Shown: in pieces, positions 48,789-60,227 of the stretch | Numbering within the stretch: the stretch's first letter is position 1 | Layout of the letters: every line of letters starts with the position of its first letter | Source of the DNA: Eledone cirrhosa | Taxonomy: Eukaryota | NCBI GenBank assembly: GCA_964016885.1 | Contig: OZ024741.1 | Location: 159,402,001 to 159,466,000 of the forward strand | Direction of reading: 5' to 3' | Length of the DNA stretch: 64,000 bases | Position numbers and translations under genes: made by a program | The notes under the pieces: generated by a model | The model's input: only the letters and a program-made list of their open reading frames with translations | What the model was told of the DNA's origin: nothing | Databases searched by the model: none

Positions 48789-48952
48789 AACGAGTAGGAC
48801 CCCGACGGCTGAGCTCAAGCCGTTTCGACCGTCGAAACGGCTTGAGCTCAGCCGTCGGGGTCCTACTCGTTCCTATTACCCACTCTACTACCCTAAGTAT
48901 TGAGTACTTTGGTGCGTTATGGTCTACCTGGTTCCTTACCACATTTCCTCCG

Positions 48953-48953
<1 letters not shown>
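48784..48953 (+). mobile_element. Perfect palindrome of a hammerhead 3' half plus a unique tail, between (TA)n tracts
   Basis: ATAGGAACGAGTAGGACCCCGACGGCTGAGCTCAAGCCGTTTCGAC-C-reverse complement, then a tail shared with 3873-3950 and 8830-8905. Confidence 0.8.
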
Positions 48954-48982
<29 letters not shown>

Positions 48983-48985
<3 letters not shown>

Positions 48986-49547
48986 AAATAAAGTTAAATA
49001 AAAGTCAAATGATTAAAATTTAGCTTCGTTTATTACTGCTATATATATTTCAGTGACAGCCATCTTTGGCTGTGACCTCTTCAGGCAGTTTGAATTAGTA
49101 TGGTATAGACAAGTACATATGTTGTTTAGGTGTATGATATTGTCAATACACTGATATGCCCAGTTCCTTGTTTGGTTGTTAATTCACTGGGGAACTGGAT
49201 GACTCCAGTTCCCCAGTGTAATAAACTGGATGACTCCAGTTCCCCAGTGAATTAACAACCCAACAAGGAACTGGGCATATCAGAGTATTGACAATATCAT
49301 ACACCTAAACAACATATGTACTTGTCTATACCATACTAATTCAAACTGCCTGAAGAGGTCACAGCCAAAGATGGCTGTCACTGAAATATATATAGCAGTA
49401 ATAAACGAAGCTAAATTTTAATCATTTGACTTTTATTTAACTTTATTTTACACTACTCCGGAGTAACCAAACCAACCTGCGCACTTCGTCGAGTGCTCCA
49501 GCCTGCATACTGAGGTGTTGGTATACAACCAACATAAACTCAAAATC
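48983..49547 (+). mobile_element. Fold-back non-coding element with hammerheads in both arms and a ~95-nt unpaired 3' tail
   Basis: 48983-49199 is inverted at about 49235-49451. Flanked by (TA)n. A second copy lies at 52758-53112. Confidence 0.85.
49345..49399 (+). ncRNA. Minimal type I hammerhead (mirror at 49035-49089 minus; another copy at 52811-52865 minus)
   Basis: ACTGC CTGAAGA GGTCACAGCCA AAGA TGGCTGTCACT GAAATATATATA GCAGT. Confidence 0.78.
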
Positions 49548-50434
49548 TATATATATATGTATGTATATAGTTTTGCGAGGTTTTTGATATGAAATCGTGT
49601 GACAAAACAGATATTGTTATACTTTCTGGCAATATTATTACAACAATATGACCTTCCCCAAGTATAACAATATATATATATATATATGTTAGACACGCAG
49701 TGACTAACAACAGAATGTTTTAAGTCTGCGTGTCTGACATATATGCGTAGCTTGTGAATAAAAAATTGAAGGGGTTTCGCTGGCCGTGGTGATCCCTCCC
49801 AAACATGTTTTGTAATGTATCGTCTTATTGGCTAATTTCATCGTCTTATTGACTAATCAACCAATGAGAGTAATTGTTGCTCAAAAGCATCCGCCACTTT
49901 GTTTGTACGTATATTTATCGTTTCGCTTTCGAATCTTCCTCCTCTATTTCGTCGTTTATCATCAAAATATTTTTCTCGTTTTGGTAAGTTATATTGTTAA
50001 TTTATATATGATTTTTAAAATGTATATTAACTATTTATTTTCAGTTCGTTATAACATGCTTATAATATTGGTGTATCATATTTACTTGTATATTTGTCCA
50101 TATTATTGTTCGTTTTATGTTAGATTATTTTATTATTATTATGTTAGATTATTTTTTTATTATTATGTTAGACTATTTGTATGTAATATTTAATTTTTAT
50201 CAATTCAACTATAACAATTATTATGTAAAATATATTTATTTGATATTGATTGTTTTTTGTAGTTGTTTATATTAAAAGTCTGAAAATATTTTTATACATC
50301 TTACAATAATATTTATAAGATCATTTATAAAATAACAATTATATAATCTAATTGCATTACAACGATAATTTATTATTAATATATATCATGTTTAACTAGA
50401 GTTATTACAAGCGTTGCCTTAAAAAAATATTAAA

Positions 50435-50884
50435 CTAGACCTGAAAAATGCGTAAGCTCAAAAGAACCACAGAATGTTATAATAAACCTTCAAAAGTGTG
50501 GGACTAGAGTTGTTGCTCAAAAATATTGTAATCATTATCTATCGTACACTCTGTGGCATCCTTTTATAAAAAAGAGACTCATAACGAACTCAAGACGACA
50601 CGATAATTATTTAAGTGAATTTATAATATAGAATTCGGTTTAAGTGCATTTCGTATTAATCATTACTAAACATCTAATATGAGATATTGAACATTAGCTT
50701 AAATAATTATCGTGTCGTCTTGAGTTCGTTATGAGTCTCTTTTTTAGTTTTATAAAAGGATGCCACAGACTGTACGATATATAATGAGTACAATATTTTT
50801 GAGCAATAACTCTAGTCCCACACTTTTGAAGGTTTATTATAACATTCTGTGGCTCTTTTAAGCTTGCACATTTTTCAGGTCTAG
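50435..50884. repeat. ~180-bp inverted repeat
   Basis: 50435-50615 is the reverse complement of about 50698-50884. Confidence 0.8.
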
Positions 50885-51215
50885 ATATATATGATTCTTT
50901 GGACTTACATATAAAGAATTTCTCTTTTCTTTAAATCCATCAACTATGACCGACCCTCAACGATCTTATAGACACATGAAATATAGACATTGTTAGCTTA
51001 AGAGAAACTTAAAAATAAGGAGTGGCACCCCATTCTGAACTTGTTTATAGAATTCTTTCTGCCTTTGTCACTCTAAATATAAATTATAGCTTTAAAGAAT
51101 TAGCTTTTAATGAATTCCCTTTTCTTTCAACCAATGACCTCTACCCATCCCACTCCCCACCTTCTCCTACCACCTAAAAAGATATAAATACCACAACATT
51201 TATTTTTGGAAAGCC

Positions 51216-51266
51216 AGATTCCTGATGATTTCTAAAGAATGAAACAGTTCTAGTCCTGTAGAATCT
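51216..51266 (+). ncRNA. Type I hammerhead (decayed relative at about 47322-47368, minus)
   Basis: AGATTC CTGATGA TTTC TAAA GAAT GAA ACAG TTCTAGTC CTGT A GAATCT: 6-bp stem I, 4-bp stem III, GUA triplet. Confidence 0.72.
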
Positions 51267-51392
51267 CATCTATATTAAAACTTTTATACTCTGCTATGTA
51301 TTGAGTACCTTACTTACTGTGGCTACCTCCGATTCAACCCGGAATAACGTATATATGTATATATGTATATATATATGTATATATATATATAT

Positions 51393-51451
<59 letters not shown>

Positions 51452-51484
51452 ATCAAAAGATGGTTAAAAGAGTTCCAAGTATTT

Positions 51485-51542
51485 TATTATGCGCATTTCA
51501 AAAACAAATATCATGAGATGATATCTACGTTTTCATCAGATA
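51485..51542 (-). ncRNA. Minimal type I hammerhead
   Basis: Minus strand: TAT CTGATGA AAACGTAGATATCAT CTC ATGATATTTGTTTTT GAA ATGCGCAT A ATA, with palindromic stem III ATGCGCAT. Confidence 0.62.
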
Positions 51543-51556
51543 TTTGTTTTTGAAAT

Positions 51557-52672
51557 GGGAGATGGGGTGGAGTAGACCCATTCATGCGTTGGTAGTGCCG
51601 GCTACAGCTGGGTGTGAGGTCAAAGAGGATACTGGGGAGGGGGAGGGGGAGGAGGTCGAAACGGTAAGTAGAACAATGAAGGGTAAAACTATAAAAGGTA
51701 GTGAGAGAAAAAAAAAAAAAAAAAAAAAAGTCTGGTTACTAAGACTTAAGTCTCTCGCTATTGCTAGGCTAAAGAAATACATAAATAAATAAATAAACAA
51801 ATAAGTGAATAAAAGAATAGATAGATAAATTTAAATTAAAAAAAAAATTTTTTTTTTTTTTTTTTTTTTTTTGCCGGACCCTGAATTATATTCTCGTACT
51901 AGTTTACTTTCTTGCACTGGGTGGTTGCTGGCCCTGTGATTGGGGTAGAAATCTTTATTATTTTGTGGTAGTTTCTTTAGTATTCTGCCCCCCCCCCTTT
52001 CTTGACCCGTCACCGTACGATACACGCACTTATACCTCGTATAAGGGTCCCTTTATTTCCGTCCCACCTAGTTTATTTCTATTATTATTATTTATTTTTT
52101 TATTCTACATTATATATATATATATTTTGATTTAAAAAAAAAAAAAATTTAAAAAAAAAAAAAAATTTTTTTTTAAATTTATTTATCTATTCTTTTATTC
52201 ACTTATTTGTTTTTTTATTTATTTATGTATTTCTTTAGCCTAGCAATAGCGAGAGACTTAAGTCTTAGTAACCAGGCTTTGCTTATTTTTTTTTTTTTCT
52301 CTCAGTACCTTTTATAGTTTTACCCTTCATTGTTCTACTTACCGTTTCGACCTCCCCCCCCCCCTCCCCAGTATCCTCTTTGACCTCACACCCAGCTGTA
52401 GCCGGCACTACCAACGCATGAATGGGTCTACTCCACCCCATCTCCCTTTTTCTCCTACCGGCAGGTTTAGCTACCCCTTCCCCCACCAATTTGCCAGCAC
52501 AGATTTACTACTAACTTGTGATGTGACCAATCCTGGTGATTATCTCTTTGACCATATATGGAATTACCCCTTGATAAGCTCGGCTATTTAAATACCAGAA
52601 TAAATTTTCATTCAGTACAGAATTAGCCGTCGAAATGGCTTGAGCTCAGCCGTCGGGGTCTTACTTGTTCCT
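51557..52672 (+). mobile_element. Larger fold-back element ending in a hammerhead and (TA)n
   Basis: About 51557-51870 is inverted at about 52150-52446. Hammerhead-like motif at 52566-52659; its 3' half equals the palindrome arm at 48831-48876. Confidence 0.75.
52566..52659 (+). ncRNA. Decayed type I hammerhead
   Basis: ACCCC TTGATAA GCTCGGCTA...TAGCCGTC GAAAT GGCT TGAGCTC AGCC GTC GGGGT. Stems are largely intact; the core carries substitutions relative to CTGATGA/GAAAC. Confidence 0.6.
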
Positions 52673-52757
52673 ATATATATATATATATATATATATGATG
52701 TATATATATATATAATATATAATATATATATATAATTTATAATATATAATTTATAAT

Positions 52758-53112
52758 ATAAAATAAAGTTAAATAAAAAGTCAAATGTTTAAAATTTAGC
52801 TTCGTTTATTACTGCTATATATATTTCAGTGACTGCCATCTTTGGCTGTGACCTCTTCAGGCAGTTTGAATTAGTATGGTATAGACAAGTACATATGTTG
52901 TTGAGGTGTATAATATTGTCAATACTCTGATATGCCCAGTTCCTTGTCTATACCATACTAATTCAAACTGCCTGAAGAGGTCACACATTTGACCTTTTAT
53001 TTAACTTTATTTTACATTACTCCGGAGTAACCAAACCAACCTGCGCACTTCGTCGAGTGCTCCAGTCTGCATACTGAGGTGTTGGTATACAACCAGCATA
53101 AATTCAAAATCT
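52758..53112 (+). mobile_element. Second copy of the 48983-49547 fold-back family
   Basis: Same arm and tail sequence, a different fold-back point, and a deletion in the right arm. Confidence 0.85.
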
Positions 53113-53698
53113 AATTTATAATATATATATATAATTTATATATATATGATATATATATAATTTATATATATATGATATATATATATATATATAATTTATA
53201 TATATATATATAATTTATATATATATATATATATAATTTATATATATATATATATAATTTATATATATATATATATAAAATTTATATATATATGATATAT
53301 ATATATATAATTTATATATATATATGATATATATATAATTTATATATATATGATATATATATATAATTTATATATATATGATATATATATATATATAATT
53401 TATATATATATGATATATATATATATATAATTTATATATATATGATATATATATATATATATATATAATTTATATATATGATATATATATATAATTTATA
53501 TATATATGATATATATATATATATATATAATTTATATATATATGATATATATATATATATATATATAATTTATATATATATGATATATATATATATATAT
53601 AATTTATATATATATATATATATATGATATATGATATATATATATATATATATATGATATATGATATATATATATATATATATATGATATATATATAT
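53113..53698. repeat. (TA)n-derived higher-order satellite
   Basis: (TA)n runs punctuated regularly by ATGAT and AATTT. Confidence 0.9.
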
Positions 53699-54248
53699 AA
53701 AAGAGTTAAACAAGATTCAATGAGTACATCAAAGAATGAGTTTTACAGTAGATTGGAAGCACTCTACAACAAAATAATTTTCTAGAATTATTAATATTAA
53801 AATAGACGTACTGTTGTACCTCTGAAATATGTATCATAAAATTTAATTGATCAAAAGAATATCTATTTTATTAATATTTGTATTTTAATATATATATATA
53901 TATATAATATGAACAAAGTGGAGGTGTTACATAAGAGATTTATTGGTTACAAATGTTTTCCAAACAGCTGGCTCGTAATCCAGGTTGACGCTCCAGACCA
54001 GATTCCAAAACTGCCTGATCCTCTGACCAGTGTTAACACAACAAAAAACAGATCAGATCTATGGACAAAATAGCCAGGCACGAACAAGTGTAGCGAACAT
54101 CCAATCACGGGCATACAATTCACCAGACGCGCGAATTCCAACAGTACCAGAAAGGAACCGATATAAACCCCCAGCCCAAACAACCGATATAAATAAAAAA
54201 CAGAAACTACTACAAATAAAAACAAAAAAATATACCCACGTATACGAC

Positions 54249-54288
<40 letters not shown>

Positions 54289-54669
54289 AATATAAATTAG
54301 CGAGAATCGTATTTCGGCTATTGGAAATTAGCGAAAAACAACTTCCGAGATGTGTGGCAAGCGCTCCATAGAAGCTAGTGGACTAGAGCTACAACATAAG
54401 TTAAAAGGCCGACGATGGTTAAACCATTATTCGCACAGCCATAGAAACGACCAAGTAATTCGGGTCATATATATATATATATATAGAGAGAGATGGGAGA
54501 ATAGACTGAATTTAAGAAGTATTGGAAAAGGAATATAATAGAAAGAGAAAGGAGAAGAAAAGGGTGAAAAGTAAGTTTATTAATAAAGAGGTGAGGAGAG
54601 ACAAGTGCATGAGGTTAACAACTGGAGATATATACGTTTAAAACAGCAACTACGCGTGTTAAACAACAC

Positions 54670-54960
54670 AATTATTTCTAACGTTGGCACAAGGCCAACA
54701 ATTTGGGGTAAGAGTAAAGTCGATTATGTCGACCCTAGTTCTTAACTAGTATTTTATTTTATGACTTTGCCTTTCATCCTTACGGGGTCGATAAAATAAA
54801 GTACCAGTAATGCACTGGGTATTTGCTGGCCTTGTGCCTAAAGTAGAAACAAGTATTTTATTTTATCCACCCCGGTAGGCAAAGCTGGCCTTAACTGGAT
54901 TTGAACGAAAAACGTAGAAAGTTGTATTTATATGTTGCATAATACTTCAATCAACGTTTT
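54670..54960. mobile_element. SINE family B fragment (+) nested in an older minus-strand copy
   Basis: About 54763-54851 is flanked by a duplicated AGTATTTTATTTTAT. Confidence 0.7.
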
Positions 54961-55601
54961 ATTGATATTGCTAGTTTAAAATTTCAAGGGTCGCAACTCT
55001 GATATTTTATGAAAATAGTTGTCTTTTCATTCCATTTATAGAACACGAAACTCATTGGGACCAAAGCTTTCCTATGAAGATGATGATGACGTCGAGGACG
55101 AGGGATCCTCCGTCGCTTTCTACGAAACACGTCTAACTCGTAAATTAACGTGAAAGTAGTTGAGTATTCCACAGAGACGTATATATTTAATATAATTCCC
55201 AAGCTGTATTAGCGGAATATAATGTGACAAGGCTGAACCTTTGTATTACAGATGTAATTTATCCAACGGGTTTCTACACGGTTTCCGTCGACCAGATTTT
55301 GGTAAAGATGCTTGCCTCAGGTGCAACGCAGTTGAATCGAACCCGGGACCTCATAATTATGAAGCGAACATCTTGATTACTCAGCCATGCATGCCTATAA
55401 AGAAATAATTTGCCTGAACACGTGATGAAAAATTATTTCCCTTTCCCAATGAAGCTCTTTTGTAGTGTGTACACATTTCTCAATTCAGCTATAGTCCTCG
55501 CTTCCACCACCACCATCATCACAAGCATAACCATCAACATCTACAGCAGCAATCAACCAACTATGACGGCGGCATCTACTGTGTGAGGTGTTTTCGGCAT
55601 C

Positions 55602-56407
55602 ATGACACAACCTTCTTTCGTTTCAGCATCATCAAAAACAACACCAGCAGCAAATACAACATCATCTTCGAATATTGCTGCATCTAAAATCTCTTCTGAA
55701 GTCGCACCTGCGCCAACACCAACACTTTTCGCCTCCTCCGCTTCCACATCTTCATCTACATCATCTCTACCTCCACCACAATTACCATTATCTTTCTTGT
55801 CGTTACCGTCTGACACTCCGAGAACAATACCATCGACAACAACGACACCAGCAGCAACGTTCAATACTTCTAACGCCGATACTAGTAGTAGTAGTAGCAA
55901 CAGTAACAGTACTACATCAACTACTACTACTACTACTTATAGTAATACTGCAACAAGAACTGCGAAGTTTCGCAAAACATCCTACATAGTTAACGAGACT
56001 AACTACGACAGCAATCAGCGCCATCATCACCGCAACCATCTTAACCAGCCTCCAGAGCCTTATCATCATCACCATCATTACCAACATCCGCAGCAGCACC
56101 AACACCACAGTCACCGCTACCAACAGTATAGCAGTAGCAACAACAAGTTCTACAGAAAATCGTGTGCCGTAAGAACAAGCATGGAAAACACGTATGGATG
56201 TTCGGTCGGTGCGGTTGCTTCTGTGCCTGTTTCTGGCGCCACGGCAGCAGCGGCGGCGCTAGCCGGCACGGACACAGACAATAACTGCCCTGGTGTGATT
56301 ACTGAAGCCGGTGTGGACATTGGTGTGCACCACAGCAGCTCAACTTTGTCTACTTATGAAAGAACGGGCAAATCGTTGCACTACAATCCCAAAATGGCTG
56401 TGGCAAG
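55602..56407 (+). CDS. Probable first coding exon of an unidentified gene (S/T-, H- and A-rich low-complexity N-terminus)
   Basis: 806-nt GC-elevated, CpG-retaining open frame ending ...HYNPKMAVA(R) at a strong AAG|GTAAGA donor. The true start could be a later Met. No downstream exon recognised. Confidence 0.65.
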
Positions 56408-57473
56408 GTAAGAACATGTTTTCGCTCCCTTTGTCCCCCCCTTCCAACAAACACTCATATAGATATATATATACACACACGCACGCACATACAAGTACGC
56501 GCCCACACACATCCGTATAAATGAACTTGCTTTAGACGTGTTTTCATTTGTAACCGTTGTTGGTCCGGAGTTTAGTAAAACTGTTATAGATATACATGCA
56601 TGCAAATACAAATACACACATATAAATATTTATATATCGTAGACATTAAGATGTAAGGGAAGAGCAAAGATCAAATAATTGGATTAGTAAAAACTGTTTA
56701 TATATTTAACGCAAAACATAGGAATTGGTTTCAGGATCACGAAGAAGAGTGGTGTTCTGGTTTTTACAGAGAAAATGAATGAAATGGGATAGAGTTACCA
56801 GATGGACAGGTGATGAAAGTCATAGAAACCTGAATGCAAAAATTTAGACATATTGGAAATGGATGAGATTTAAAAAAAATAAATGAAAAGGGGGGAAAAG
56901 GAATATTTCTGAAGGCTGGGGTTGGCTCTTAAAAGTAAATTAACTGAAAACAAAAACAAAACAAAACAAGGTTATGGCTATTAACACGTGGGTTGTTTCT
57001 GTGATAAGGTATGGATCTGGGATTACGAAACAGTAAAGAGATTAGGAGAATGGATATTAAAACATGAAAGAGAATGGAGCACGATGATGTTGACAATTTA
57101 TCTCCTCAAAACCTCAGAGGTAATAGAGGTTTGATAGTTTATAAGGGTGTACTGGTTGAATTGTATCGTGGCACCAGCATTAGAGAGGTTATCTAGATGT
57201 CCTCCATGTAGCTTCCAGTCACTCCATTTACTTTTTGTGTCATAGTGTTTGTAGAGGGCAGGTCTTTTGTAGTATGGTATATAGCCAGTCAGTTCAATAT
57301 ATTATCATCATCATTTAACATCTGCTTTCCCTGCTAACAAGGGTTGGACGGGTCTGTATAGACCAAGTCGGCACTGAAGTGGGACTACTGACCTCCCAGA
57401 CTGGCTGTGGGGTCTGTACCGGGATTATATATGTGTTTATATATATGTCCTAGTAACCTTTGCAAAGTGGATG

Positions 57474-57723
57474 ACCTTCCTAACACCAACCTCATTTACA
57501 GTGAGTGCTGGGTGCTTTTTTGCCGTGGCACCTCCACGACCACTTTACAGGGGAATGATAGGGACACCAGTCCCTATCATCTCATTTCTACAGCTGAGTA
57601 AACTGGAGCAATGTGAAATAAAGTGTCTTGCTCAAGGAAACAACATATCACCCGGTCTGAGAATTGAACTCACAACCTTTCGATTGCAAGGCCAATGCTC
57701 TAACCACTAAGCCATGTGCCTCC
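57474..57723 (-). mobile_element. SINE family A copy lacking the tail
   Basis: Near-identical to about 1767-2016. Confidence 0.85.
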
Positions 57724-57782
57724 ATATATATATATATATGTATTGATTATATATATTATGTATTACAATTATATATATATAT

Positions 57783-58158
57783 AATTGTTTCTACTTTTGG
57801 CACAAGGCCAGCAATTATCCTAGTGTATTACTGGTACTTTATTTTATCGACCCCGTAAAGATGAAAGGCAAAGTTAACCTCGGTGGGATGTGAACTCAGT
57901 CCGTAAAGGGACGTAACTGTGCTGCAAAGCATGGCTTCCAACCCTCTACTGATAATATATAATGGCAGTGGATATTAGGGCGGTGGATTGGCAGTATCGG
58001 TAGAGGGTCGGATGTCATGCTTTGCAGCAAAGAGTTACGGCTCTTTATGGTTTGAGTTCAAATCCTGCCGAGGTTAACTTTGCCTTTCATCCTTACGGGG
58101 TCGATAAAATAAAGTACACTGGGATAATTGCTGGTCTTATGCCAAAAGTAGAAACAAT
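57783..58158. mobile_element. Head-to-head pair of SINE family B copies
   Basis: Minus copy at 57783-57952 and plus copy at 57979-58158, about 25 nt apart. Confidence 0.85.
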
Positions 58159-58171
58159 TATATATATATCT

Positions 58172-58960
58172 TGTCGTAGTCGTATGACATATGCATAATG
58201 GTTAAAGAGACAGATTGAGATAGGTAAGCCAGACTAAGGCATCATTTGCAGTATTTTAGATTGCCTCCAGGCCACCATGAAAACGTCTGAGGGGGCAATC
58301 CCAAACAAGATGCAGCACTGTCTGGTCAAGGTCCCCACAGTCACATGCTGGACTGTTTTTCATTTTCCATTGATGGAGGTTTCCATTGGCTGGCATGTTT
58401 CATGCGGATTTAATTAAAGGAGACCCATTGCTTTCCAGGAAGGTCAAAACTGGCTGGTTTAGATGTGGGGTCCTGGACAAGGTCTTGGTTGGCAGATTTG
58501 GACTCATTCAACGTTACTCTCTTGAAGGGTCTTAATTGATTCCTAGAATGGTTTGAATGATTTCAAGATGTTGGGAAGGTTTTTCAGGTCTTCATGGATG
58601 GGAAGTTTGGGCTTCGACTGGTAAGAAGTGTTGCCTTGTAGGTCATCTCCTAATGCTGCATGTGAAAAGGAGCTACATGAGAAAGGGTAGGGAGTCACTG
58701 AGTAGGTATAGATTTCAGTGTGTCAGATACTATTATAATTGCTGAGTTGAGGATGGTGTCAAATTGCTTGGCTTGGCAGCTCCATGTCCAGACCGGTGAA
58801 CAGTACTCTGCAACTGAGTAAGTAAATGCTAAGCAGGCAGTTCGAAGTGTGTACATCAGGCCCCAGCTGTTTACTGTTAACTCGTGGATGATATTAATCC
58901 TGGTTTTGAACTTTCCAACAACCTTTATGTGCTCTTGGTAGGTCAGGCTGTGATCCATGC
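58172..58960 (-). mobile_element. Decayed Ingi/Vingi-like non-LTR retrotransposon 3' part
   Basis: DHSLTYQEH...KTRINII..L....WG....LRTACLAFTYSVAEYCSPVW post-RT motif and a C-terminal CDCGDLDQTVLHLVWDCP zinc-knuckle-like motif. Confidence 0.7.
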
Positions 58961-59144
58961 ACTGAGTCGATATTTTGTATATTTATATATATATATATAT
59001 ATACTCAGTTAAATTTTTAACAAAACATCGACTCACTGCATATATATTTATACATGTGTGTGCATGTGTATATATATATATATAAAAATAAAATTAGAAT
59101 TTTATTTCTCACCCTGATAGATAAATGTACGTGTGCATACTTAC

Positions 59145-59186
<42 letters not shown>

Positions 59187-59188
<2 letters not shown>

Positions 59189-59509
59189 AGGCACACGGCT
59201 TAGCAATCGAAGGTTGTGAGTTCAATTCTCAGACCAGGTGATGTGTTATTTCCTTGAGCAAGTAACTTTATTTCACATTGCTCCAGTTTACTCAGCTGTA
59301 GAAATGAGATGATAGGGAATGGGGTCCATATCATTCCACTGCAAAGTGGTCGTGGAGGTGCCACGGAAAAAAAGCACCCAGCACTCACTGTAAATGTGGT
59401 TGGTGTTAGGAAGGGCATCCAGCTGTAGAAATCAAGCCAGAATCAGTTCCCGTCCCACCCTTGCAAGCAGGGAAAAGCGGACGTATGATGATGATGATGG
59501 TGATGATGA
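59187..59509 (+). mobile_element. SINE family A copy with (GAT)n tail
   Basis: Same body as 875-1170; inserted in (TA)n. Confidence 0.85.
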
Positions 59510-59534
59510 TATATATATATATATATATATATAA

Positions 59535-60150
59535 AAAGGATCCATAGAAATGGTTGATAGTTTCTGCTATCTAGGTGAGATAATTAGCAGCAGGGGTGGG
59601 TACTCTGGGAGCATAACATTTAGAATAAGGATAGGATGGAAGAAGTTTGTTGACAACAAAATGTTTCTCTGAAATTATAAAAGGATGACTGTATGATGCT
59701 TGTATGCGAAGTACAATGCTGCATGGTAGTGAAATATGGGCAGTGACTGTAGAGGACATGCATAGACTGGAGAGAAATGAAGCAACCATGCTTTGTTGCA
59801 TGTGTGATGTAAATGTGAGAGAAAAGCAGAACTTGGATGTATTGAAGGAGAAACTGGGTTTAAGAAGAATCCGAAGAGGTGTGCAAGAGAGGAGAATGCT
59901 TTGGTACGGATATGTGTTGCGTATGGATGATGATTGTTAGGTGAAGAAGTGCGAGGAAATCCCAGTGGAAGGAAGCCATGGTAAAGGTAGACCAAGGAAG
60001 CCCTAGGCAGAGGTGGTGAGAGCTGATATCAAGTTGCTGAGACTCACAGAGGTGATGATGAAGGAATGCAGCATGTGGAGAGATGCTGTGCTGAAAAGGA
60101 CCCGTCCAGCCCATGCAAGCATGGAAAACAGACATAAAACCGATGATGAT
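59535..60150 (+). mobile_element. Decayed RTE LINE 3' fragment (short-UTR subfamily)
   Basis: LHGSEIW, LERNEA and GRPRK motifs; ends KRTRPAHASMENRH, then (GAT)n. Confidence 0.85.
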
Positions 60151-60227
60151 ATATATATATACATATATTTGTACACACACACTTATATATATGTGTGTGT
60201 ATGTGTATATGTTTATATATGTAAAAT

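Noticed and set aside
51544-52489. Two similar Lys/Glu-rich ORFs on opposite strands
   Set aside because: Products of the inverted-repeat arms and homopolymer runs; no coding signature.
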